Source: Octopus sinensis
Taxonomy: Eukaryota
Length of the DNA: 64,000 bases
Reading direction: 5' to 3'
Assembly: GCF_006345805.1 (NCBI RefSeq)
Contig: NC_043022.1
Coordinates: 21,948,001 to 22,012,000, forward strand
Every line of letters starts with the position of its first letter. The first letter of the stretch is position 1. The position numbers were made by a program, and so were the translations under genes. Positions 63,790-64,000 of this stretch are shown piece after piece. The notes under the pieces are model-generated. The model was not told the origin of the DNA and made no database searches. It saw nothing but the letters and a program-made list of their open reading frames with translations.

Positions 63790-64000
63790 ACTTTAATGCA
63801 CAGTACTGTTACTACATAGCTCTTGCTCGGAGATTTAAAACTAGCTGTTTTGCACTTTATGAGATCAGCATCTGTGTGTCGCTTTAAAAAGTATATACCG
63901 TGAGCAAAAGTGAGTGGCTTCTATCTCTGGTCAGAGGTTGTCTTGTACTGACGAAGGGTAATTACCCGGACACCATTGGTCTACAGGTATCACTACTGCT
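63790..64000 (+). mobile_element. Probable Penelope-like terminal repeat with degenerate hammerhead
   Basis: Type I hammerhead geometry at 63942-63987; the element runs off the window. Confidence 0.5.

Overview
Eukaryotic, AT-rich, repeat-dense DNA. The SINE/LINE families and giant (TA)/(CA) microsatellites look like octopus (coleoid cephalopod); this is inferred from recognition, not from a search. The only host gene is an unconventional myosin-XVIII (MYO18A-like) on the minus strand. I hand-mapped 12 GT-AG exons from the post-IQ neck (43297) into the coiled-coil tail (814), with consistent splice phases. Motor-domain exons lie beyond 64000 and the 3' exons lie before position 1. Two consecutive exons (90+120 nt, 70 aa, 10 heptads) occur twice in a near-identical 759-bp tandem duplication. 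The introns hold tRNA-derived SINEs, an RTE-tailed non-autonomous element ('element R'), fragments of RTE, CR1, Tx1 and RLE-type LINEs, mariner, DD37D and Helitron relics, TTAA- and 8-bp-TSD MITEs, and mini/microsatellites. Best leads: (1) the in-frame exon-pair duplication; (2) six Penelope-type minimal hammerhead ribozyme motifs, where all four in the pre-mRNA sense have non-canonical cores (CCGACGA, CUGUAGA); (3) a U6 snRNA-retroposon chimera and several other apparent template-switch chimeras; (4) a headless SINE concatemer; (5) a Tx1 element apparently targeting (TC)n. Nearly all ORF-track entries are repeat artefacts. Exon, hammerhead and TSD coordinates were counted by hand; other repeat boundaries are approximate.
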